Below are positions 34,941 to 42,145 of a stretch of 42,145 nt of DNA, one piece after another. A program made the position numbers and the translations under genes. The notes under the pieces are model-generated. The model worked only from the letters and a program-made list of their open reading frames with translations, made no database searches and was not told where the DNA came from. Within the stretch, counting starts at the first letter, position 1, and every line of letters begins with the position of its first letter. Location: the IMG/VR virus record IMGVR_UViG_3300024251_000018, positions 1 through 42,145 of that record, one strand, 5' to 3'. The DNA comes from a virus. Taxonomy: Duplodnaviria > Caudoviricetes.

Positions 34941-36579
34941 AGAATATCAACACAACGCAGTTGAAAGCGTATTTAATTATATTTGCAGCCGCACCGGCAC
35001 TGACCAATTCGGGCAACCCTATTCTGCTAACCCTTTATTAGGTTTGCCGTGTCGCAGCGGCAAAAGCCTGATAATTGCCGGAATTATCAAACGAGCATTT
35101 GAGATTTATTCTAAAACGCGCATTGTAATGGTAACTGATGTTAAAGAACTAGTCGTTAATAGCTATAACGATTTACTCGCATATTGGCCAAACTCCCCTG
35201 TGGGCATTTTATCTGCCGGGTTAAAATCTAAAGATATTCATTATCCGATTATATATGGAACATTGCAAACCGTTGTAAATTACGATTTAGGCTATCGTGA
35301 CTTCCTCATAATCGACGAAAGTCAAATGGTTTCAGATAAAGAGCAATCTCAATATCAACAAATCATTGCGCAGTTAAAAAAGCGCAATCCTTTTTTACGT
35401 GTTATTGGTATGAGCGCCACAAATTACAGACAAGGCAGCGGCTGTCTTACTAACGGTAGCGTGTTTTCCGATATAGTTTTTAATATGTGTAATATTGAAG
35501 GTTATGCTTATTTGCTTGCACAAGGCTATATTGTACCTGTTATATCCAAAAGAACAATAAATTTTATAGATACAACTGGAATAGGACGCGGGCAAGACGG
35601 AGATTTCAATAAACGCCAATTAGAGGAACTTTCTGACAATAACGACTTGAACTACAAAATGATGCAAGAAAGTTGCTATTATGGCCGTGACCGTCGTTCG
35701 TGGATTGTTTATGCAAATGGGATTAAACACGCCGAAGACTTGAACCAAATGTTAAACGAAAAATTTGGAGTTAGTTCAACAGTTGTTCATTCTAAAATGC
35801 CGTCGCATTTGCGTGACCAAAGAATTGCCGCTTACGACGCTGGCGAATATCGATGCCTTGTTAATAAAGACATTTTGACAAAAGGATACAATAATAAAAA
35901 TATTGACCTTTTAATAATGACACGCGCAACTATGTCTGTACCGCTTTGGGTGCAAATTGGTTCAAGAGGAATGACACCTGCGCTTGGAAAGACAAACTGT
36001 CTGTTACTAGATTTCGGACGTAATGTTGAGCGGTTAGGCAGGATCGATAATCCTTTGATCCCGAAAGGTAGAGGAAAAGGACCACCTGAAGAACCGCCTG
36101 TTAAAGAATGCGAAGCGTGCGGCGTTTACAACTTTTTGTCAGCGAGATTTTGCGAAGCGTGCGGAGCGGAATTTAAATTTAGAGAAAAGCTGATCGGAAC
36201 CGCTGGTAAAATCGAACCGATGGGTTCAGATTTACCGCAAATCGAAACCTTTTCTGTCACGCACGTCACTTACTCTAAACACGTCAAAAACGACATTCGC
36301 CGCGCTAATCCTGAGAAGTCGCTAGAGGAACTTCCTTTTTCTATCAAAGTGAGCTACTATTGCGGCGAACAGGTTTTTACAGAATGGGTTACGGTTGAAA
36401 GCGATAAGACATTCGTCAAACACAAAGGGCACGAATGGTTCAGGCAACGGTTGCACGGTTTGCCACCTGAGACTAATGAACAATTGCTTGCGCAATGTAG
36501 CTATGCGCGGACGCCTAAAAGTGTTAGAGTGTGGACGAATAAAGTTAAATATCCTGAGATTGTCGGAGTTGAATGGTGA
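34924..36579 (+). CDS. Superfamily 2 helicase (RadD/YejH-like) with a zinc finger
   Basis: LREYQ, SGKS, IIDESQ, SAT, QIGSRGM, CEAC..CEAC. Confidence 0.9.
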   Translation: MTLALREYQHNAVESVFNYICSRTGTDQFGQPYSANPLLGLPCRSGKSLIIAGIIKRAFEIYSKTRIVMVTDVKELVVNSYNDLLAYWPNSPVGILSAGLKSKDIHYPIIYGTLQTVVNYDLGYRDFLIIDESQMVSDKEQSQYQQIIAQLKKRNPFLRVIGMSATNYRQGSGCLTNGSVFSDIVFNMCNIEGYAYLLAQGYIVPVISKRTINFIDTTGIGRGQDGDFNKRQLEELSDNNDLNYKMMQESCYYGRDRRSWIVYANGIKHAEDLNQMLNEKFGVSSTVVHSKMPSHLRDQRIAAYDAGEYRCLVNKDILTKGYNNKNIDLLIMTRATMSVPLWVQIGSRGMTPALGKTNCLLLDFGRNVERLGRIDNPLIPKGRGKGPPEEPPVKECEACGVYNFLSARFCEACGAEFKFREKLIGTAGKIEPMGSDLPQIETFSVTHVTYSKHVKNDIRRANPEKSLEELPFSIKVSYYCGEQVFTEWVTVESDKTFVKHKGHEWFRQRLHGLPPETNEQLLAQCSYARTPKSVRVWTNKVKYPEIVGVEW

Positions 36580-37178
36580 ATGTCCTTATCGGTTGCGAAG
36601 AAAGCGGAGTTGGCAGGCGCGTTTGGCGCGAACGCGGCCATAACGCTTGGTCAAATGACCTTATCGCAGCAAGGGATAATTCGTTTCATCATTTGCGTTG
36701 CGATGTTATGCAAGCTTTGGATATGCACCTTTGGGATATAATAATCTTGCATCCTGACTGCACAAAAATGACGGTTGCAGGAAACAGAACTTATGCTGAT
36801 ACGCAAGAGCGATTAGATCAAGTTTCATGGACAGAAGCGTTATATCTTAAAGCTAAATCAAAAGCTAAAATTGGCGTTTGCTTGGAAAATCCCGTTTCCG
36901 TTTTCTTTTCTCATATGCGCAATAAATACGGTTTGAAAGTACAATATATTCAACCTTATGAGCATGGCCATTTGGAACAAAAGAAAACAGGTTTGCTATT
37001 AGACAACTTACCGCATTTAACGCCATCTAATTTCGTTTACGAAAAGATGATGCAATTGCCAGTAAACGAGAGAGAGCGAATATTTTATATGGCGCCTGGA
37101 CCAAATCGAAGCCGCGACCGCAGCGAAAGTTATTCGGGAATTTTAGGCGCAATGGCAGATCAATGGGGAATTTTATGA
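36573..37178 (+). CDS. Cytosine-C5 methyltransferase-like protein (short phage family)
   Basis: VLIGCEESG, HPDCT (motif IV variant), LENPVS (motif VI), KKTGL, AMADQWG. Confidence 0.7.
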   Translation: MVNVLIGCEESGVGRRVWRERGHNAWSNDLIAARDNSFHHLRCDVMQALDMHLWDIIILHPDCTKMTVAGNRTYADTQERLDQVSWTEALYLKAKSKAKIGVCLENPVSVFFSHMRNKYGLKVQYIQPYEHGHLEQKKTGLLLDNLPHLTPSNFVYEKMMQLPVNERERIFYMAPGPNRSRDRSESYSGILGAMADQWGIL

Positions 37179-37690
37179 TTGTATTTTGCGATACTGAAAC
37201 TACGGGCATAGGCCCAACCGCCCGCGTCATTCAAATAGCAATGGACCTTTGCACCGATGACGGACGCACAGTCGCAACGCTCAACACAATCATTAATCAA
37301 GAAACACCCTGTCATTCGCGCGCCTTAGAAGTTCACGGTATAACTGATGCAATGCAAGCAACAGGACTAGACCGCTACGTCGCTGGCAACCTGATAAGCA
37401 AAATAGCAGCCGAAGCACATGTCATTATCGGACATAATATCCCGTTCGATATTGACATGTGTAAACAAAGTTTTATGAGCGTACATCTGCCTTTTGCAAG
37501 CTACTGTACAATGCGAACGCTAACGCCAGTTTGTAAAATTCCGTCACCAAAAGGCGGTTTGAAATGGCCAAAGCTAAGCGAGGCTTATCGGCACTTTTTC
37601 AATGAGGATTTTGATAACGCACATAATGCTTGGGCAGACGTGCAAGCTTGCAAGAGGCTTTATTTTAAGTGTAAGGAACTAGGTTTATGA
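37175..37690 (+). CDS. DEDDh 3'-5' exonuclease (DnaQ-like)
   Basis: DTETTG, VHGI, HNIPFD, AHNAWADV; start refined to the ATGA overlap. Confidence 0.92.
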   Translation: MIVFCDTETTGIGPTARVIQIAMDLCTDDGRTVATLNTIINQETPCHSRALEVHGITDAMQATGLDRYVAGNLISKIAAEAHVIIGHNIPFDIDMCKQSFMSVHLPFASYCTMRTLTPVCKIPSPKGGLKWPKLSEAYRHFFNEDFDNAHNAWADVQACKRLYFKCKELGL

Positions 37691-37770
37691 CAACGGGACA
37701 ATCTTTTGCTTTATCGCTTGCATTTTGCGTTTTAACGCTTTGCGTAACGATTGTGTTAACGACAAGATGA
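37687..37770 (+). CDS. 27-aa single-TM micropeptide
   Basis: MTTGQSFALSLAFCVLTLCVTIVLTTR; ATGA overlaps at both ends; not in the ORF track. Confidence 0.6.
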   Translation: MTTGQSFALSLAFCVLTLCVTIVLTTR

Positions 37771-38732
37771 CCCTTCGCAAAGCCGTCGAATTTGTTAAAC
37801 CTGCGTCAAACGACGAATTGGCGTCCCACGCCTATCTGCGCATAGGTGGGGGCTACGTCACGGCCAGCGACGGCACCATAAGCGCCGGTTATCCGATAGA
37901 CGAGGATTTGGCCGTCTGCCCACATGCTGACAAGCTGGCAAGCGCCTTGAAGCGCGTAGGCGACCGCTACAGCGTGACGGCGCTGGATAGTGGCCGGTTA
38001 TCAGTCAAAGGTGCCAAGCTACGCGCTGTGGTGCCCTGTGTGGCCGCTGAGACGCTTCCAAGCGTGGCACCGGACCCGAACATCGCCCCGATAGGCGAGC
38101 CGCTGAGACAGGCGTTCAAGACCCTGGTCCCGCTGGTCAAGGAAGATGGACAGCGGCTTATCGAATATAGCTTTTTGATTAACAATGGCAGCATGAGTGC
38201 AACAAACGGCAATGTTATATTGCAATATTGGCATGGAACCGATTTACCACCAAATCTCATCATTCCGAGAAAATTTGGATTGCTCGCTTCCAAAGTTGAA
38301 GGATTGGTCGGATTTGGTTTTTCTGACAAATCGGTCACCTTTTGGTACGAAAATGCCGCTTGGCTGCGGACTAGTTTATGCGTTGGAGAATGGCCAGATA
38401 TCGATAAGCTATTGACTATCGAAGCAACCGCTAAACCGTTGCCCACGGACTTTTTCGAGGCTATTCAAAGCGTGGCGGATTTCTCAGATGATGGCGCGAT
38501 ACGCCTCTCGCCCGGAAAGGTCAAATCCAGCTACGTCGAACAAGGCGGTGATGGCCCGGTAACAGGTGCCAGCTTCGATTGCGAGGGATTGGACGCCAAA
38601 GCGACTTTTAACATTAAGTTACTAAGTTTGCTTAACGGCGTTGCAACTTCCATGGATTTTGCTACGCATGAAGATCGCGCGGTTTTCTATGGCGAGAATG
38701 TGCGCGGTGTGATTGCTAAGAGGAATTTCTAA
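37767..38732 (+). CDS. DNA sliding clamp (Pol III beta-like)
   Basis: About 320 aa; ASDG and SATNG repeats, GEWPDIDKLL, FNIKLL; directly before the polymerase as in KL1/PA73-like phages; start refined to MTLRK. Confidence 0.75.
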   Translation: MTLRKAVEFVKPASNDELASHAYLRIGGGYVTASDGTISAGYPIDEDLAVCPHADKLASALKRVGDRYSVTALDSGRLSVKGAKLRAVVPCVAAETLPSVAPDPNIAPIGEPLRQAFKTLVPLVKEDGQRLIEYSFLINNGSMSATNGNVILQYWHGTDLPPNLIIPRKFGLLASKVEGLVGFGFSDKSVTFWYENAAWLRTSLCVGEWPDIDKLLTIEATAKPLPTDFFEAIQSVADFSDDGAIRLSPGKVKSSYVEQGGDGPVTGASFDCEGLDAKATFNIKLLSLLNGVATSMDFATHEDRAVFYGENVRGVIAKRNF

Positions 38733-38830
38733 TTTTCTTCGATAATCTCCCAATTGAGCCAAAATCAAAAAACGTCGCGATAACCCGCGACCAACTAACT
38801 ATTGTCAATTATCCGCCCAAACCGCGTCAA

Positions 38831-40621
38831 ATGGCAACCAAACCGTGGCCACTAGGCGATGAAGTTATTTTTGACATAGAATTGTATCCAAACTTTTTCA
38901 TGTGCGGCGTGAAGCACATTAAAAGCCAAACTTACATGGCGCTAAGTGACCCTAAACAAATGTCCTACATTCTGTGGGGATATAAGGTTATCGGTTTCAA
39001 CTCATTTAATTATGACGTACCGATTATTAAAGCTGCGATCAAAGGAGCATCATTAGATGAACTTCGAGAAATTTCTCGCGATATTATTTTTCGCGAGCTT
39101 CGCATGGGCAATCGTAATGACCGCTTTAATCATATCGATATCATTGAAGTAGCGCCATTACAAGAAAGTCTTAAAACCTACGCGGGACGCTTGCATTGCG
39201 AGCGTATGCAGGATTTGCCATTTGATCCGGCTTTGCCGCTGAGCGATGCGCAAAAGGAAATTGTTACGGATTATTGCTTTAACGATTTGGACAATACGGA
39301 ATTGCTTTATGAGGAGTTACGTCCGTTCATAGCCTTGCGGGAAACGCTTGGCGAAAAATACGGAATGGAACTTCGCAGCAAATCTGATGCGCAGATTGCT
39401 GAAGCGGTGATTATGCATGAATTGGAGAATATTACCGGCTATCCGGTTGAGCGGCCGAATTATAGTGAAGGTTACACGTTTCGGTATAAAGTGCCGGATT
39501 GGTTATCGTTCTATACCGCACCGCTGCAAATCGCACTAGATACTATAACAAATGCAACTTTCAGTCTAGACAAAAACGGCTCGCCAATGTTGCCAGAAGA
39601 AATTGCAAAATTGAATATCGGTATAGGAACAAGCAACTATAAAATGGGAATTGGCGGACTGCATTCGACTGAAAAAAGCATTGCTCACAAATCAACAAAC
39701 AGTATTCAGTTGAGCGATTTTGACGTTGCGAGTTTTTATCCTGCGATTATTCTAAATTGCGGTTTAACGCCGAAACATCTTGGCGAAAATTTCCTAATTG
39801 TATTTCGCACATTAGTAGAACGTCGATTAATTGCTAAAGGCAAAAATAAAGTCGAAGCCGATGCTCTTAAGATACTTGTAAACGGAACATTTGGAAAGCT
39901 AGGTTCGCCTTATTCCAGATTATACGCACCGGAGTTGTTAATTCAAGTTACCATGACTGGACAGCTTGCATTGCTCATGCTTATTGAAAGTTTAGACGAT
40001 AGCGATTTGCCAGTTGTTTCCGCTAATACGGACGGCGTTATCGTCAAATATGACAAAGACGATTACCATAAACTATATAGCAAAGCTAAACATTGGGAAG
40101 CCGTAACAGGTTTTGTTTTAGAAGAAACGCAATTCAAAGCCACTTACAACCGTGACGTTAACAATTTTATAAATGTCAAAACAGACGGTGAAATAAAAGC
40201 CAAAGGAATTTACACTGAATTAGGTTCAGCGCTTAATTCGCGCTTGTCGAAAAACCCCGAAACGCTCGTTATCAGCGACGCGCTCAAAGCCTTCTTGTCT
40301 GTGGGCACACCGTTACGCGACACTGTCGAAGCTTGCCAGGATATGCGACGTTTCGTCGCAATCCGAAAAGCAACTGGCGGTGCCCACAAAGATGGCGTCT
40401 ATCTAGGCAAGGTTGTTCGCTGGTATTATGCCAAAGGCGCAACCGGCGTCATATCCAAGATGAACGGTGACGCAGTGCCAAAGACAGAAGGCGCAAAGCC
40501 GCTCATGCTTCTAGCTGGACTAGAGCCTGATATCGATTACGATTGGTATGTTAACGCGGCTGAAAGTGCTTTATTTGATTTGGGATATTATCAACGACCA
40601 ACGGAAAGAAAGTTACTTTAA
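38831..40621 (+). CDS. Family B DNA polymerase with a proofreading domain (true start possibly ATT 38732)
   Basis: Exo FDIE, FNSFNYD, YCFND; pol DFDVASFYP, KILVNGTFGK, SANTDG. Confidence 0.92.
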   Translation: MATKPWPLGDEVIFDIELYPNFFMCGVKHIKSQTYMALSDPKQMSYILWGYKVIGFNSFNYDVPIIKAAIKGASLDELREISRDIIFRELRMGNRNDRFNHIDIIEVAPLQESLKTYAGRLHCERMQDLPFDPALPLSDAQKEIVTDYCFNDLDNTELLYEELRPFIALRETLGEKYGMELRSKSDAQIAEAVIMHELENITGYPVERPNYSEGYTFRYKVPDWLSFYTAPLQIALDTITNATFSLDKNGSPMLPEEIAKLNIGIGTSNYKMGIGGLHSTEKSIAHKSTNSIQLSDFDVASFYPAIILNCGLTPKHLGENFLIVFRTLVERRLIAKGKNKVEADALKILVNGTFGKLGSPYSRLYAPELLIQVTMTGQLALLMLIESLDDSDLPVVSANTDGVIVKYDKDDYHKLYSKAKHWEAVTGFVLEETQFKATYNRDVNNFINVKTDGEIKAKGIYTELGSALNSRLSKNPETLVISDALKAFLSVGTPLRDTVEACQDMRRFVAIRKATGGAHKDGVYLGKVVRWYYAKGATGVISKMNGDAVPKTEGAKPLMLLAGLEPDIDYDWYVNAAESALFDLGYYQRPTERKLL

Positions 40622-40785
40622 TGGAAAACACTGGCCTTCCCGGCGATCTTCACGACGCAATCGTAGGTCGCATCAAAGTTCATGCTCCAAACCTGGATTG
40701 GAGCCGATGCAAGGTCTTGGCTGAGGATATTATTTTGACTTTTATTAAGCATTATGAGGCGCAAGAAGCTGCGACTAACAATTAA
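40621..40785 (+). CDS. Hypothetical protein (54 aa)
   Basis: TAATG overlap with the polymerase stop; begins MENTGLPGDLHDAIVG; not in the ORF track. Confidence 0.55.
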   Translation: MENTGLPGDLHDAIVGRIKVHAPNLDWSRCKVLAEDIILTFIKHYEAQEAATNN

Positions 40786-40906
40786 AATATTACTCGTTTT
40801 GCTTTTTTGGTTGCAAATAAACGAAAACAGCCTTATTGTTCAAATAGGGTTAGCTTTATATGTTGCAGAAAGATTTTGGAAATGTCGCATACTCTTGACA
40901 TCTTAA
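40754..40906 (+). CDS. Possible small membrane protein (50 aa)
   Basis: MRRKKLRLTIKILLVLLFWLQ..; fills the gap to the convergent late-arm stop. Confidence 0.35.
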   Translation: MRRKKLRLTIKILLVLLFWLQINENSLIVQIGLALYVAERFWKCRILLTS

Positions 40907-40918
40907 TTATTTTATGGG

Positions 40919-42145
40919 TTATTTCTTCTCATTCGCAGCGGGTACAGATTGACCGCTTAAAACGTCTTTAAGAGCGTTTTGCAACATTGTTATTTCGGTG
41001 CGACCGCCCGGTGTCGATCCGGCTACCTTCGGTAATTGTGCTACCAGATTACGAATAACACTAGGTTGATTATTAACTGCCGCTTTCGCTGCTAGTTTAG
41101 TCCAATTGCGACCGGCCGGCGAACGCAACAAAATCTTTGCCGCACCGTTAAGAACTATCGGAGTTGCAATACCGGCCGAAATGGCAGTTTGAAAATCGCC
41201 GCCTAGCAAATGAGTAATTGCACTAATACCAAGTCCGGCTGTAGTTGCACTAGTTGCTGTATTACTAGTATTGCGCGTTTTGTCGATATCGCGAAGACGC
41301 GAAGCATATTTGGCAATATCTTGTATATCTCGATCCGCCGCGCTACCGCTAAAAATAAGTCTTTTCCCATCTTGTGACATTTTATTATAGTTAGTTAAAA
41401 AAGTATTAAATGACCAATTATCGCCAACCGCATTTTGTGCGCCTGGATTAGCGCGGCCCATAATATCCAGATGCGACGCCGCCACATTGCCGCGATTTGC
41501 CGCAGGAAGGTTTGCCCACAATTGGCGAGCGCGTTGAATATTGCCGCCGCGATCATTCAAGTCATTTGCAAATTGATTATAGACGCTTTCTGCCGAAGTA
41601 TTAACATCGTCCCGCGCCGACGCGGAAGCGCGCTTAAGCGAGCCGCCAAGCTGTTGCTTCATCGCAGCATATGCCGCGTCGGCCGCCGTTTGATTAGCAG
41701 CCGCAGATGGCGCGGCCGGATTAAGCGAAGCATTGAACGTGTCCGCCGCTTTCGCCGATGACATTACATCGTTTTCAAGCGCCTGTTCCAAACTACCGAC
41801 ACGATTTTTAATCTCCGAAGAAATGTCATTTTTAGTTGCTAAACGTCGCACTTCGCCGCGCACATGCGAAAGCAAATTAGTTGCTTCTTTAAGCGTAAAT
41901 TCTTCTGGCGTTGTTGAAAGTTTTGTAACAAGCGGTGTATTGAAAATTTGTTGCAAAGCAGGTGGCAAGTTTGGAAAATCCTGCTTTATCTTGTCATAGA
42001 CCGCCTTTGTTTCTGTGGGCAGAACAGGTGCATTATCGCCGCCCATGGCAGCGGTGCGCGCATCATATTTAGCGCCAGCGTCGGCTTTGCCAGCCGCTTC
42101 AAAAGCGTTTTTACCTTCAACAATGGCATTTCCGGCAGTTTCCCT
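40919..42145 (-). CDS. 3' part of the junction-spanning 682-aa ejection protein
   Basis: In frame with 1..954 through the terminal repeat; helical Ala-rich; WSFNTFLTNYNKMS..NTSNTAT. Confidence 0.8.
   Translation of the reverse strand, partial: RETAGNAIVEGKNAFEAAGKADAGAKYDARTAAMGGDNAPVLPTETKAVYDKIKQDFPNLPPALQQIFNTPLVTKLSTTPEEFTLKEATNLLSHVRGEVRRLATKNDISSEIKNRVGSLEQALENDVMSSAKAADTFNASLNPAAPSAAANQTAADAAYAAMKQQLGGSLKRASASARDDVNTSAESVYNQFANDLNDRGGNIQRARQLWANLPAANRGNVAASHLDIMGRANPGAQNAVGDNWSFNTFLTNYNKMSQDGKRLIFSGSAADRDIQDIAKYASRLRDIDKTRNTSNTATSATTAGLGISAITHLLGGDFQTAISAGIATPIVLNGAAKILLRSPAGRNWTKLAAKAAVNNQPSVIRNLVAQLPKVAGSTPGGRTEITMLQNALKDVLSGQSVPAANEKK
42014..42145. repeat. Terminal direct repeat (right copy)
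   Basis: Matches 1-132 with one mismatch. Confidence 0.97.

Noticed and set aside
40015-40040. PolB motif C reading NTDG instead of DTDS as a sign of inactivation
   Set aside because: The essential second Asp is kept, motifs A and B are intact, and to my knowledge this variant is usual in this phage polymerase group.
1883-42021. TGCCCACA as DnaA boxes or KOPS
   Set aside because: It differs consistently from TTATCCACA and GGGNAGGG, is dispersed rather than clustered, and shows no strand polarity.

Overview
This window is an apparently complete, circularly permuted dsDNA phage genome of about 42.0 kb. Positions 1-132 repeat at 42014-42145 with one mismatch, and one 682-aa gene runs across the junction. 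The minus-strand late arm (about 21.9 kb down to 1, wrapping to 40919) encodes a P22-like podovirus virion: lysis genes with a GH108 endolysin, TerS and PBSX-type TerL, P22-type portal, scaffold and coat, two gp4-like adaptor paralogues, a split gp10-like nozzle, and three ejection proteins, one with a zinc DD-peptidase domain. The mostly plus-strand early arm (24.4-40.9 kb) encodes a KL1/PA73-style replication and recombination module: NrS-1-like Prim-Pol, VRR-NUC, Sak4-like ATPase, DUF669 SSB, Cas4-like nuclease, HNH, SF2 helicase, MTase-like protein, DEDDh exonuclease, beta-clamp-like protein and PolB. I saw no integrase, tRNA, CRISPR array or reverse transcriptase. Two perfect CtrA boxes and near-total GANTC avoidance point to an alphaproteobacterial host. 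The strongest unexplained signal is an 8-mer, TGTGGGCA, found at least 29 times on both strands and in all six frames (about 1 expected); it is a candidate recognition site for the Prim-Pol. Also notable are an uncharacterised DUF6745-like repeat protein paired with a His-rich partner, a nozzle gene split around an inserted gene, tail-sheath-like domains in podovirus tail parts, two structured intergenic RNA candidates, and a probable ATT start for the polymerase. Family assignments come from recognising motifs by eye, not from database searches, and motif counts are manual.
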